Assembly: GCA_043803105.1 (NCBI GenBank)
Contig: JAZDKJ010000005.1
Coordinates: forward strand, 32,001 to 96,000
Length of the DNA: 64,000 bases
Source: Candidatus Woesearchaeota archaeon
GTDB lineage: Archaea > Nanobdellota > Nanobdellia > Woesearchaeales > JAZDKJ01
Reading direction: 5' to 3'
This document shows, piece by piece, positions 17,509-27,338 of the stretch (its first letter is position 1; each line of letters starts with the position of its first letter). Position numbers and translations under genes: made by a program. The notes under the pieces are model-generated. The model was not told where the DNA came from and ran no database searches. It was given only the letters and a program-made list of their open reading frames with translations.

Positions 17509-19050
17509 GTGGCAGAGGAATCAAAAAAAGGAAGGTATGAGGCCAAGCTCTACCAAAAACTGTCAAGGCCTGAAGACAAGAAACAGGTAGCAATAAAGGA
17601 AATAAGCAGGGTATTGAATGACATAGAAGAATCAAACAAGACAAGAAAAATAATCTACTTCTCAAACATCTGCAAGAAAAACATCTTCGATAGCCTTGGA
17701 AAAAAAGTCGGAAGGCTAAACGACCTGGCAATATCTGGCGGGGAGAGGTTCCCTGAGGTATCGCACATACAGCTTGAGAAAGACAAGACTTTGATAAAAT
17801 GGCAAGAAGTGAAAGAGTTTGAGCATGTAATAAGGCTTGAGAAACCATACGAGAAGACAGAAAAAAGAGCAACCAGCACTGAAGACATACTGTTGAACGA
17901 GCATATACTTGACAAGCAGGTTGTTGACGTAAACGGGCTAAAAGTAATCAGGGTAAATGACCTTGCGCTAACCTACATAAAGCAAAAGCTGGCTGTGGTG
18001 AGCATTGACATAGGCACAAGGTCAATATTCAGAAGACTAGGATTTGAAAGACTGGGGGAAATGCTACATGCAACAGACCACCCTATTCCTTGGGACACCA
18101 TAGAGCCGTTAACAAGCTCTCTAGAGAAGGTGCATCTGAAAATACCTTGTCCAAGAGTTGCGGACCTGCACCCAGCTGATGTCGCAGAATTGTTTGATGA
18201 GCTAAGCCACAGGGAAAGAAGAACACTACTTAGGTCGATGAAAAGCGAGACAGCAGCAAGAGTGCTACTGGAGTGCGAGCCAGGGGTGCAGCAATCAATA
18301 CTGAAAGGGCTAACCTCAAGAAGGATTGCATCCATTGCAGAGAAAATGCCTGCAAACGATGCAGCAAACCTCTTAAGCGAGCATGACAGGCTTAACAGGA
18401 TACTTCGGGCAATGAACAAGGCTTTGGCAATAGAACTGCAAAAGGCACTTTCGTACAAGCCAGGAACTGCCGCAAGGTACATGGACCATTGCATCAGCGT
18501 AAGACAGGATACAACAATAAGGAACACAATCGAGGAGATAAGGCAGAAACAGGAGCACCCGGACAACTTCTATTATGTATATGTCACAGACGAAGAGGGA
18601 GCACTCACCGGGGTAATCTCGCTAAAACACCTGATACTTGCAGACCCTGAGGCAAAGGCTGAAGACATAATGGTGATAAAGCCTTACAGCGTAGAGCTCA
18701 GCGAACCCTTAGAACTTGCCACAGAGCTATTGACAAAATATGACCTCATGGCAATACCGGTTGTTGATATTTCTGGCAGGCTGCAGGGAATGATAAACAT
18801 TGAAGCAGTGCTGGATGTGGCAATAGAAAGGACAAAGGCAAAAGAGCCTTTCGAACTAACAGAAGAGCAGAAAATCCAGTACAATAAGAGGTTCAAGAAT
18901 TATTACCTGGCGCTTGTCAGAGACGTAGGACAATTCCTAAGGGACCTTGAGCCATTGAAACTAAGGAGAAAAAATGGTGAAAATAGACAGGACCCAGATC
19001 ATGCTAATTCTGAGCATAATCGGGCCTGGAATAATAACAGCAAACGTTGA
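17509..19050 (+). CDS. MgtE cytosolic-domain protein (PRC-barrel, MgtE_N and CBS pair; no TM domain)
   Basis: ILDKQVVDVNG.KV.RVND, LHPADVA, YYVYVTD..G.L.G.ISL, YDL.AIPVVD. Confidence 0.88.
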   Translation: MAEESKKGRYEAKLYQKLSRPEDKKQVAIKEISRVLNDIEESNKTRKIIYFSNICKKNIFDSLGKKVGRLNDLAISGGERFPEVSHIQLEKDKTLIKWQEVKEFEHVIRLEKPYEKTEKRATSTEDILLNEHILDKQVVDVNGLKVIRVNDLALTYIKQKLAVVSIDIGTRSIFRRLGFERLGEMLHATDHPIPWDTIEPLTSSLEKVHLKIPCPRVADLHPADVAELFDELSHRERRTLLRSMKSETAARVLLECEPGVQQSILKGLTSRRIASIAEKMPANDAANLLSEHDRLNRILRAMNKALAIELQKALSYKPGTAARYMDHCISVRQDTTIRNTIEEIRQKQEHPDNFYYVYVTDEEGALTGVISLKHLILADPEAKAEDIMVIKPYSVELSEPLELATELLTKYDLMAIPVVDISGRLQGMINIEAVLDVAIERTKAKEPFELTEEQKIQYNKRFKNYYLALVRDVGQFLRDLEPLKLRRKNGENRQDPDHANSEHNRAWNNNSKR

Positions 19051-20209
19051 CAATGACGTGGGCGGAATAGCCACTTACTCGCTGGCAGGCTCGAATTTTG
19101 GATATATGCTCCTGTGGAGCCTGGTGCCGATAACAATACTTCTCATAATAGTGCAGGAGATGTCTGCAAGGATGGGGGCTGTGACAGGCAAAGGCCTTGC
19201 GGACCTCATAAGAGAGAATTTCGGGCTGAAAATAACCTTCTATATAATGATTGTATTAATATTCGTAAACCTGGCAAACACACTATCAGAATTCGCAGGA
19301 GTGGCAGCAGCAGGAGAAATATTCGGGTTAAGCAGAGTGATAGCTGTGCCAGTTGTGGCAATAGGAATATGGCTGCTTGTGGTAAAGGGAAGCTACAAGT
19401 CAGTCGAAAAAGTCTTCTTAGTTGCGTGCCTTTTCTATCTCTCATACATAATCTCAGGAATACTGGCTAAACCAGACTGGGCAAGTGTGGCAACCAATAC
19501 AATAGTGCCTAGCTTTCAGTTCAACACACCTTACGTGATGATGCTCATCGGGCTGATAGGAACAACAATAGCTCCATGGATGCAGTTCTACCTGCAATCA
19601 TCAATAGTTGAGAAGGGCATAAGAAAAGAAGACTACAAATACTCAAGAATAGACGTGATAACAGGATGCATAATAACTGATGTGGTTGCGCTTTTCATTG
19701 TGGTGGCGACAGCAGCAACAATCTTTCATGCTGGCGGGAGCATAAACAGCGCAGCAGATGCAGCAATAGCGTTAAAGCCACTTGCAGGAAAATGGGCAAG
19801 CTATCTATTTGCATTTGGTTTACTTAACGCAGGCATATTTGCAGCATCAATCCTGCCCATATCGACAGCATACTCTGTATGCGAGGGAATGGGCTGGGAA
19901 TCAGGAGTGAACAAGAGTTTCTCTGAAGCAAAGGCATTCTACGTGTTATACACAGCAATGATAGCTATAGGAGCAGGAATAATCATGATTCCTGGGCTTT
20001 CGCTAGTAAAAATAATGTATTATTCCCAAGTGCTCAACGGAATACTTATCCCAGTGATACTAATATGCATGCTAAGGCTTGTAAATAAGACAGAGCTGAT
20101 GCATGACTACAAAAACTCCATGGCACTGAACATAATCACCTGGACGGGTGCGATACTTATAATAGGGGTAACTGTGCTAATGTTTGGACTCAGCCTATTT
20201 ACTGGTTAG
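18974..20209 (+). CDS. NRAMP-family divalent cation (probably Mg2+) transporter
   Basis: GPGIITANVDNDVGGIATYS, QEM.AR.G.VTGKGL, GTTIAPW; paired with the MgtE-like cytosolic protein. Confidence 0.92.
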   Translation: MVKIDRTQIMLILSIIGPGIITANVDNDVGGIATYSLAGSNFGYMLLWSLVPITILLIIVQEMSARMGAVTGKGLADLIRENFGLKITFYIMIVLIFVNLANTLSEFAGVAAAGEIFGLSRVIAVPVVAIGIWLLVVKGSYKSVEKVFLVACLFYLSYIISGILAKPDWASVATNTIVPSFQFNTPYVMMLIGLIGTTIAPWMQFYLQSSIVEKGIRKEDYKYSRIDVITGCIITDVVALFIVVATAATIFHAGGSINSAADAAIALKPLAGKWASYLFAFGLLNAGIFAASILPISTAYSVCEGMGWESGVNKSFSEAKAFYVLYTAMIAIGAGIIMIPGLSLVKIMYYSQVLNGILIPVILICMLRLVNKTELMHDYKNSMALNIITWTGAILIIGVTVLMFGLSLFTG

Positions 20210-20216
20210 AATAAAA

Positions 20217-20837
20217 ATGGGAAACTTTATCGATGCAATCAAGAGGCCTTTCACAGAAGTTGGAAAGCTGGCAATCGGAACACTATTGCTAATAATACCC
20301 TTTGTGAACATGGTTAGCGGAGTATTCGCCTACGGTTATATCCTAAGGTGCGCAAGAACCAAACAAGGGCTTCCTGCATGGGACAATTGGGAAGAGCTGT
20401 TCGTTGACGGCGTAATCTTGCCAGTGATCATACTTATCTATGCAATTCCTTTTGTGGGCGTTTTGCTGTTCACAGGGTTTGAGGCATTGAAGAGCGTGCT
20501 AACCGGGGAAACAGCGGGGCTCGGAAAAAGCCTTGTAATATTAGCAGGTGTAGCTCTATTGACTGCATACATCATTCCATCTGCATTGCTAAGCTATTCC
20601 AAGAATAGAAGATACTGGGAGAGTTTTGGTCCAAGGGTTTTCATAAACGCAATAAGAGCTGATTACCTTAAAGCATGGATGGCTGCGGCACTGTATGCAA
20701 GCATTGCAGGAATAATCGCGAGTTTAGCTATATTCTGGAGCTGGTCAACATTTATCCTGCCCATGTTCCTTGGCAGCTTTGCAGCAGTAGCTATAGGCAT
20801 AAGTGCTATAACAATGGTATCAGAAGGATTTCAATAA
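20217..20837 (+). CDS. DUF4013-family membrane protein
   Basis: AIKRPF, GY..R, LPAWDNW.ELF.DG. Confidence 0.8.
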   Translation: MGNFIDAIKRPFTEVGKLAIGTLLLIIPFVNMVSGVFAYGYILRCARTKQGLPAWDNWEELFVDGVILPVIILIYAIPFVGVLLFTGFEALKSVLTGETAGLGKSLVILAGVALLTAYIIPSALLSYSKNRRYWESFGPRVFINAIRADYLKAWMAAALYASIAGIIASLAIFWSWSTFILPMFLGSFAAVAIGISAITMVSEGFQ

Positions 20838-21496
20838 AATTCTACTTCCCCTTTCAGGTAAACACCTTGATGAAGCTTGACAGGCCTCCATGAATCGAAA
20901 ACAAGATTTGCCTTAAGCCAATCAGCAAGCTCCTTGGGGTTTCCGATTGTGGCAGACAAACCGATAAGCTGCATATCAGGCAAGAGCTGCCTTAACATTG
21001 TAATCAGTATCTCAAGAGTAGGGCCTCGGTCAACATCATTCAGCAGATGGATCTCATCAACGACAACCAGAGAGACCATAGAGAGCCAGGGTGAGCGATG
21101 CCTCATCAGGGAATCAAGCTTTTCAGCAGTGCAGATAATCAGGTCATAATCAGCAAGATAACTGTCAACAGAATCGATGTCGCCAATGGAAAGGGCAACC
21201 CTGAATAGATGGCCATACTTTTGCTTGAACTCCTTAAACTTCTCATTAGCAAGCGCTTTCAAGGGAACAATATAGACTGCCTTTGCCTTGCGTTCAAGAA
21301 TAGCCTGTGAAAAAGCAAGCTCTGCAACAAGGGTCTTTCCAGAGGCAGTGGGAGTACAGACAAGTTGGCTCTTTCTGTCAAGCAAGCCGTTTTCTATCGC
21401 CTTGGCCTGAGCTGGCCTCAAGTCTGCAATACCCTGGCTTAACAGGACATCGAAAAATTCCTTTGGAATCCTGCCCTTTATATCGTCCAGTTTCAT
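20831..21496 (-). CDS. Stand-alone N-terminal RecA domain of a Hel308/Ski2-like helicase
   Basis: LRPAQ, PTASGKT, PLKALA.EK, TAEK.D, DEIH, RG..LE, LSAT, WRPV.L, then stop. Motifs IV-VI are absent. Confidence 0.8.
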   Translation of the reverse strand: MKLDDIKGRIPKEFFDVLLSQGIADLRPAQAKAIENGLLDRKSQLVCTPTASGKTLVAELAFSQAILERKAKAVYIVPLKALANEKFKEFKQKYGHLFRVALSIGDIDSVDSYLADYDLIICTAEKLDSLMRHRSPWLSMVSLVVVDEIHLLNDVDRGPTLEILITMLRQLLPDMQLIGLSATIGNPKELADWLKANLVFDSWRPVKLHQGVYLKGEVEFY

Positions 21497-21514
21497 GAAC
21501 CAACAGAAGAGCAA

Positions 21515-22198
21515 CTATCTTAAAAAACTTGCGTAGAAAGACAGGGCCTTGGAGATATCGTCCTTTGCAAAGTCAGTCCATGGCTTGCCAGAAAAATAGA
21601 CTGTAGAACTGGCAGAATCCCACAAAAAAATGCCTCTTGTGCAGTTCTGGCGCCCGGTCTTTATTATCAAATCTGGAGGAATAAAATAAGAGGAATAAAG
21701 GTTCTCCTTGACATGCTCTTTACCAATGGCAGAGGGATCGAGCTTGCCCTGCTTAACAAGCCTCGCAATCACTTGGGCAGAGGCCACAATCTCCCCCTGG
21801 CCATCATAATTGACGCAGAAATTAAGGAAATGCCTGTCATAATCGCGTGTAAGATCAAGCACTGCCTTTATTGGGTCAACTACTCGACCGGGGAGATCAT
21901 ACCATTTGCCTATAACAGAGACCTTCACCTGGTTCTTGGTTATGTAGTCCCAGCTAGAAAGCACCTTGAAGAACTGGCTCAAGCCGTCCATGGCCTGCGA
22001 AAACTCTGCAGTTTGCTTGGAGGGCTCTGGCAGAAGAAGAAAACTCACGACAGGAATCTTTTGCTTAAAGCAAAACATTGCAATCTTGCCGACAAGTGCA
22101 TAATCGCGCTTGACTTCATCAGATGAATCTTCGCAAACAATCGCAATGTGCTTTGGCAAGGGTGATGTCCTGAGGAGATTCTTCAAATCCATAAGCAT
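21515..22198 (-). CDS. cis-prenyltransferase (UppS)-like protein with degenerate catalytic motifs
   Basis: PKHIAI, NYDG..EI, PDLIIKTG, FLWDS. Lacks DGNRR and the C-terminal RxG. Confidence 0.75.
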   Translation of the reverse strand: MLMDLKNLLRTSPLPKHIAIVCEDSSDEVKRDYALVGKIAMFCFKQKIPVVSFLLLPEPSKQTAEFSQAMDGLSQFFKVLSSWDYITKNQVKVSVIGKWYDLPGRVVDPIKAVLDLTRDYDRHFLNFCVNYDGQGEIVASAQVIARLVKQGKLDPSAIGKEHVKENLYSSYFIPPDLIIKTGRQNCTRGIFLWDSASSTVYFSGKPWTDFAKDDISKALSFYASFLR

Positions 22199-22242
22199 GG
22201 TTAATGGAAAAATCTTTAAAAGCTTTGTCGTTACGAAAGAGA

Positions 22243-23088
22243 ATGATAGCAATTATCGCGATTCTTGCGCTAGCCATCGCTTCTTATACAGACCTAAAAA
22301 CAAGAGAGGTACCTGACTGGCTAAGCTTCTCGCTCATAGCGGCAGCGAGCGGTTTACGGATAATCATATCAATCATCAGCTGGGACCTTACACCAATAAT
22401 TGATGGATTTTTTGGAGCACTATTGGGCATTATCCTTGCCTACATGATGTTTTACTCAGGACAATGGGGAGGGGGAGATAGCAAGATGCTCATTGGGCTT
22501 GGAGCGCTGATAGGACTTCAGTTCAGGGCCACAAGCACGCTCGTCGGCTTCCTAGTCAACCTCTTGTTCATTGGCGCATCATATGGACTTTTGTGGAGCA
22601 TAGGGCTTGCAATAAAGAACAGAAAAGAGTTCAAGAAGCAGGCAAAAAACTATACTGATAGCAGCTTTTTCAAGAGAATGCGAATAGTGACTGTGATAAC
22701 TGTAGCGATGTGCATGTTTGGGGCGCTGTTTTCTGCAGACAGGATAGTAAGATTAATACTAATAGTGTTCGCAGGATTCCTCTTCATCATGCTTTACCTG
22801 TGGATGTTCGTCAAGGTAGTGGAAGGGGCATGCATGCTAAAATGGATAGAGCCAAACAAACTCACAGAAGGGGACTGGATAGCAAAGCCAGTGTTTTCTA
22901 AAAACAAATACTTGTGCGGGCCAAAGGACCTTGGAATAACGAAAAAACAAATCGCAGAATTGCAGAAGAACAAGAAAATCAAGAAGGTGCTGATAAAGGA
23001 AGGAATACCGTTTGTGCCAAGCTTCCTATTGGCTTACATATTCACAATCTGGCTGGGCAACATCGCCCTCCTAATGCTTGGAGCCTAG
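22243..23088 (+). CDS. Prepilin/preflagellin peptidase (A24)
   Basis: SYTDLKTREVPD, WGGGDSK, LTEGDW, GIPFVPSF. Confidence 0.9.
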   Translation: MIAIIAILALAIASYTDLKTREVPDWLSFSLIAAASGLRIIISIISWDLTPIIDGFFGALLGIILAYMMFYSGQWGGGDSKMLIGLGALIGLQFRATSTLVGFLVNLLFIGASYGLLWSIGLAIKNRKEFKKQAKNYTDSSFFKRMRIVTVITVAMCMFGALFSADRIVRLILIVFAGFLFIMLYLWMFVKVVEGACMLKWIEPNKLTEGDWIAKPVFSKNKYLCGPKDLGITKKQIAELQKNKKIKKVLIKEGIPFVPSFLLAYIFTIWLGNIALLMLGA

Positions 23089-23945
23089 AAATGCATATTC
23101 TTCAATCTCGCTACCCTGGCATCAATCGACGGGTGAGTTGAGAACATGGATGCAACACCCTTTGCAGTAAAAGGATTTGCAATGAACAAGTGAGCAGTTG
23201 ATTCTGTTGCGCCAAATGCGCGCAAGGGCTTATTCTTGATATCAGAATCAAGCTTCTGCAATGCTGAAGCCAAAGGCAATCCGGTGTGCAGGGTTCTTGC
23301 AGCAGACTCATCAGCCTGGTATTCCCTGGAGCGGGAGATTGCAAGCTGAATAATCATCGCAATGATGGGTGCAACTATAGCCAACACAAGGAGTTCAATA
23401 AGATTATTACCTTGACGATCATTATTGCCTCCAAGACCTCCAAAAATGGCGCCAAACCTTGCCATCGCGGCCACGTAGGAAATGACTCCTGCAATAGTTG
23501 CAGCTATTGTGGAAATCAGAATGTCGCGGTTCTTCACATGAGAAATCTCGTGGGCAACCACACCGCGGAGCTCTTCAGTGGAAAGCAGGCGAATAATACC
23601 TTGAGTGAAGGCAATGGATGCATGACTTGGGCTCCTGCCTGTAGCAAAGGCATTTGAGTGCTCTGTCGGTATTATGTAGACCTTGGGCATCGGAATGCCT
23701 GCCCTATTGGCAACGTCACGAACAATCTTGTATAGCTCTGGCTGCTCCCTTTCAGTCACTGGCTGTGCCTTATAAATCCGCAAAACTATCTTGTCAGAGA
23801 ACCAGTAGATTCCGAAGTTCAAAAGAAGCGCAATAACAAAGGCGATTGTAAGGCCAGAAGTGCCGCCGATGAAATAACCTATCCCTAAGGCTATAACAGT
23901 CAGAATAGTAAGGAAGAAGACTGTCTTCAATTGGTTAAAGGCCAT
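23085..23945 (-). CDS. htpX: Zn metalloprotease HtpX (M48)
   Basis: NAFATGR, AHEISH..NRD, SRSREY.AD, STHP. Confidence 0.93.
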   Translation of the reverse strand: MAFNQLKTVFFLTILTVIALGIGYFIGGTSGLTIAFVIALLLNFGIYWFSDKIVLRIYKAQPVTEREQPELYKIVRDVANRAGIPMPKVYIIPTEHSNAFATGRSPSHASIAFTQGIIRLLSTEELRGVVAHEISHVKNRDILISTIAATIAGVISYVAAMARFGAIFGGLGGNNDRQGNNLIELLVLAIVAPIIAMIIQLAISRSREYQADESAARTLHTGLPLASALQKLDSDIKNKPLRAFGATESTAHLFIANPFTAKGVASMFSTHPSIDARVARLKNMHF

Positions 23946-24157
23946 GGTGTTTGAGAAAATGTTCTTGCTTATAAAAATTATGCTTAAGGATTAAGCTGAA
24001 GGCTATGGAATTTCGGTCCGATGCTCAAAATCTTAGCTTCTTAAAGGAGATTTTCCTGTTTTCTGACAGAGGGCTTTTTTAAGCAGGTCTTCCACAAAGA
24101 AACTGAATTGAAAACCTTATCAAGCGGCATTTGTGCGGAAGAGAAACAGTTAAATAG

Positions 24158-24177
24158 TAGTAAGTTATACCTTACTA
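24158..24177. promoter_or_regulatory. Inverted-repeat operator TAGTAAG-N6-CTTACTA of the TA operon
   Basis: Perfect 7-bp palindrome between a TATA-like TTAAATA and the antitoxin ATG. Confidence 0.65.
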
Positions 24178-24182
24178 ATAGC

Positions 24183-24449
24183 ATGGAATTCGCCATAGCA
24201 AAGATCAGCACAAAGGGCCAAATCGTAATACCAAGCGGGCTTCGGAACAGCATCAGCAAGGGAGACGAGTTTCTGATGGTCAAGGAGCGCGACAAGATAA
24301 TCCTCAAGAGTGTTAAGGGACTGGCAACTGACCTGGTGGAAGACTTCAAGTTTGCAGAAAAGGTTGAAAAAGCCTGGACAGATCACGACAAAGGAAAGTT
24401 CAAGAGACGTTCCAAAGATGATTTTCTTGAAGAGCTAAGGGCATGCTAA
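24183..24449 (+). CDS. AbrB/MazE-family antitoxin
   Basis: KISTKGQIVIP..R..I..GD. Confidence 0.88.
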   Translation: MEFAIAKISTKGQIVIPSGLRNSISKGDEFLMVKERDKIILKSVKGLATDLVEDFKFAEKVEKAWTDHDKGKFKRRSKDDFLEELRAC

Positions 24450-24691
24450 CAATTGAGCACAGCAAGAACTTCTTGAAGGCAGTCTGCAAGATCAAGAACT
24501 CGGCCTTGAAAGACAAGGTCAAGAAGCAGATTGAAAAGGTGTCAAAGAATCCTGAGATAGGCAAGCCGATGAAATACTCAAGGAAGGGCACCCGGGAGCT
24601 ATATATCGGTGCGTTTCGCCTGGCCTATGCTTATATTGAGAAGGATGCCACCTTGGTATTTTTGGAACTTTACCACAAGGACGAGCAATAG
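24443..24691 (+). CDS. RelE/ParE-family toxin
   Basis: F.K...K, NPEIGKP, RELYIGAFRLAY, HKD; overlaps the antitoxin gene. Confidence 0.88.
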   Translation: MLTIEHSKNFLKAVCKIKNSALKDKVKKQIEKVSKNPEIGKPMKYSRKGTRELYIGAFRLAYAYIEKDATLVFLELYHKDEQ

Positions 24692-24722
24692 CTTTATAAA
24701 AAGTACTTATCTTGCATAATTC

Positions 24723-25375
24723 ATGAAATTCGGCGCAATATTTGACTTTGATGGTTTATAGTTTACACAATTGAGATTGTCTGGCAGTCCTTTAACGAGG
24801 TCTTGAAGCCTTATGGAATCCATTTCGGGGAAAAAGATATAAGAAAGTACCTAGGCTACTCTTTAAGGGATCAATTAAGAGTATGGAAACAAAAGTATGG
24901 TATTGAGCTTGACTTTGCAGAATTTGCCAATAAATCTGGAAGAATACAGTACAAGCTGATTAAAGAGCAGGTAAGGGTTGAAAGCGGGCTAACAAGACTT
25001 CTTGATGACCTAAAAAGGAACAGGGCGCCAATAGAAATTGCCACAAACTGGACCAGGGAAAGCACAGAGAAAATACTTGACATACTCAAGATTCATGACT
25101 ATTTTCTAAACATAGTAACTGCCTATGAAGTGCCTAGGCACAAACCGTATCCTGATATTTACCGTACAGCAAGTAAGAAGATTGATATGAAACCTGCCAG
25201 TTGCATAGTGTTCGAGGATTCTGCAGACGGAGTAAGGGCAGCAAAGGCAGCAGGCATGAAGTGCATCGGGAAACTTCATAAATACAATAGCGCAAGGGGG
25301 TTGCATGAAGCGGACTTACTGATTAGCAGCTTTTCGGAAGTGAATTATGACAAGCTAGCTGAGATGGCCAAATAA
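24723..25375 (+). pseudogene. HAD-family phosphatase (beta-PGM/CbbY-like), frameshifted just after motif I
   Basis: ATG 24723 gives MKFGAIFDFDG and then a stop. The rest (KPYPDIY, FEDS..GV.AA) is in the -1 frame, consistent with one base lost near 24756. Confidence 0.75.
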
Positions 25376-25481
25376 GTATAGGAATCCTCCATAATTATCT
25401 TACGAAAGATATTTAAGCAGACATCATTTATTCAACACAAAATATAATAAGACAATATAACAAAAACATGAGGGGTGCAAC

Positions 25482-26039
25482 ATGGTAAACTTGCTTTTGT
25501 GGATACCAATAGGAATAGTTGGCATAATTCTGCTGTGGCTTATCTTCGCATACAACAGGCTGATAATCCTTAGGACAAGGATTGACAATGCATGGTCGCA
25601 GATAGACGTGCAGCTCAAGAGAAGGTATGATCTGATACCAAACCTAATTGAGACAGTAAAGGGATATGCAAAACATGAGAAGGGTGTTTTTGAGGCAGTC
25701 ACAAAGGCAAGAACTGCATTCATGAAAGCAGGAAGCCTTGCAGAAAAGGCAAAGGCTTCGAACCAGATAACGAGCGCATTAAAGTCATTGTTTGCGGTTG
25801 CGGAAAGCTATCCAACACTAAAGGCAAACGAGAACTTCATGCAGTTGCAAGAGGAGCTTTCTGGCACAGAATCAAAAATAGCGTACTCAAGGCAGTTCTA
25901 CAACGACAATGTGATGAGCTTCAACCAGTCGATAATGACATTCCCGACAAACTTGATAGCAAACATGTTCAAGTTCGTGCAAAGGGAGTACTTCAAGACA
26001 GCGGAAGGGGAAAAGAAGCCAGTCAAAGTAAAATTCTAA
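25482..26039 (+). CDS. lemA: LemA family protein
   Basis: YN.L...NAWSQIDVQLKRRYDLIPNL, ESYP.LKAN.NF. Confidence 0.95.
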   Translation: MVNLLLWIPIGIVGIILLWLIFAYNRLIILRTRIDNAWSQIDVQLKRRYDLIPNLIETVKGYAKHEKGVFEAVTKARTAFMKAGSLAEKAKASNQITSALKSLFAVAESYPTLKANENFMQLQEELSGTESKIAYSRQFYNDNVMSFNQSIMTFPTNLIANMFKFVQREYFKTAEGEKKPVKVKF

Positions 26040-26040
26040 G

Positions 26041-26937
26041 ATGCAGACAGCATATGAAAGGATCAGCGCGAACAAACGCGCTACCTTCATTCTTATAATA
26101 TTGTTTGTGATAATAGTGGCGGCGCTGGGCCTTGCAATAGGCGCATTCTTCAACAACCCTATATTCGGATTAAGCATAGCAGCAATGCTATCAATAGCAC
26201 TAACACTATTCAGCTTCTACGACGGAGACTCTGCAGTGCTGAGCCTGAGCAATGCAAGGCCTGCGACAAAAAAAGAGTTCCCATACCTGGTAAACACAGT
26301 GGAAGGCCTGTCAATCGCCGCAGGGATTCAAGTGCCAAAAATATATGTCATAGAAGAGAACTCGATAAATGCGTTTGCAACCGGAAGAGACCCAAAGCAT
26401 GCATCAATAACAGTCACTACAGGAGCAACAAAGAAACTGAACAGGGCAGAGCTGGAAGGCGTTGTGGGACATGAGATGAGCCACATAAAAAACTATGACA
26501 TAAGGCTGATGATGCTGGTTGTTGTCCTTGTAGGCATAACAGCACTACTTAGCGACCTCATACTTAGGACTCTCATCTATGGAAAAGGTAACCAGAGCAG
26601 GGAAAAAGGAAATGGGGCAGCAATATTCCTGGTTGTAGGGCTGGTCTTGGCAATACTATCGCCGATAATTGCTCAATTGATAAAACTCGCAGTATCAAGA
26701 AAAAGAGAATTCCTTGCCGATGCTGACGGAGCAATGCTCACGCGACACCCTAAGGGACTCGCGGATGCGCTAAAGAAAATAAAAAACGATGATGACAAGA
26801 TTGTGGATGCTGCAAACAAGGCAACAGCACACCTGTTCATAGAAAACCCGCTGAGGCAGCATGAAGGCTGGGTGAACTCGCTATTTGAGACGCACCCTCC
26901 GATAGACCAGAGGATTAAAGCGCTAAATGCTATGTGA
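26041..26937 (+). CDS. Second M48/HtpX-like metalloprotease (LemA-associated)
   Basis: NAFATGRDP, GHEMSH..NYD, REFLAD, THPP. Confidence 0.92.
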   Translation: MQTAYERISANKRATFILIILFVIIVAALGLAIGAFFNNPIFGLSIAAMLSIALTLFSFYDGDSAVLSLSNARPATKKEFPYLVNTVEGLSIAAGIQVPKIYVIEENSINAFATGRDPKHASITVTTGATKKLNRAELEGVVGHEMSHIKNYDIRLMMLVVVLVGITALLSDLILRTLIYGKGNQSREKGNGAAIFLVVGLVLAILSPIIAQLIKLAVSRKREFLADADGAMLTRHPKGLADALKKIKNDDDKIVDAANKATAHLFIENPLRQHEGWVNSLFETHPPIDQRIKALNAM

Positions 26938-27292
26938 GATTCTTAAGGTACTTAGACAATCCTTCAATCTGCCTGACCTTAGTGTTCTTGAAAAGGAACT
27001 CACGAAAATAATTGTCAACAGTCACTTTACGCTCAGAGAGGTCCTTTTTTAACCGTGAGTAGAGAGAACGGCCTGTCCTGTCTAGGTCAGTAAGAATAAC
27101 AACATCCTTTGAAAGAGCAACAACCTGCTCAACTACAGAATAAAGGGGTTTTTTGTTCAGGACAACAATGGCGTTAGAAATCCCCAGCTCCCTCAAGGAG
27201 CGCTCGTCTTTTTTGCCTTCAACTACAATCAATTTCCGGCTATTGTCAAGCTTTAACAGGAAGAGCTGCAGATCTTCTTTTGCACAGGACAT
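26930..27292 (-). CDS. Stand-alone Toprim-domain protein
   Basis: IVVEGKKD and LTDLDRTG. Confidence 0.88.
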   Translation of the reverse strand: MSCAKEDLQLFLLKLDNSRKLIVVEGKKDERSLRELGISNAIVVLNKKPLYSVVEQVVALSKDVVILTDLDRTGRSLYSRLKKDLSERKVTVDNYFREFLFKNTKVRQIEGLSKYLKNLT

Positions 27293-27338
27293 GCATATAC
27301 ATAATAATTATATAGTATAAATTGTTTGTCAATTACAT

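Noticed and set aside
17509-20209. MgtE cytosolic domain + NRAMP pair as a new system
   Set aside because: This is an already recognised gene pairing for NRAMP-related Mg2+ transporters.
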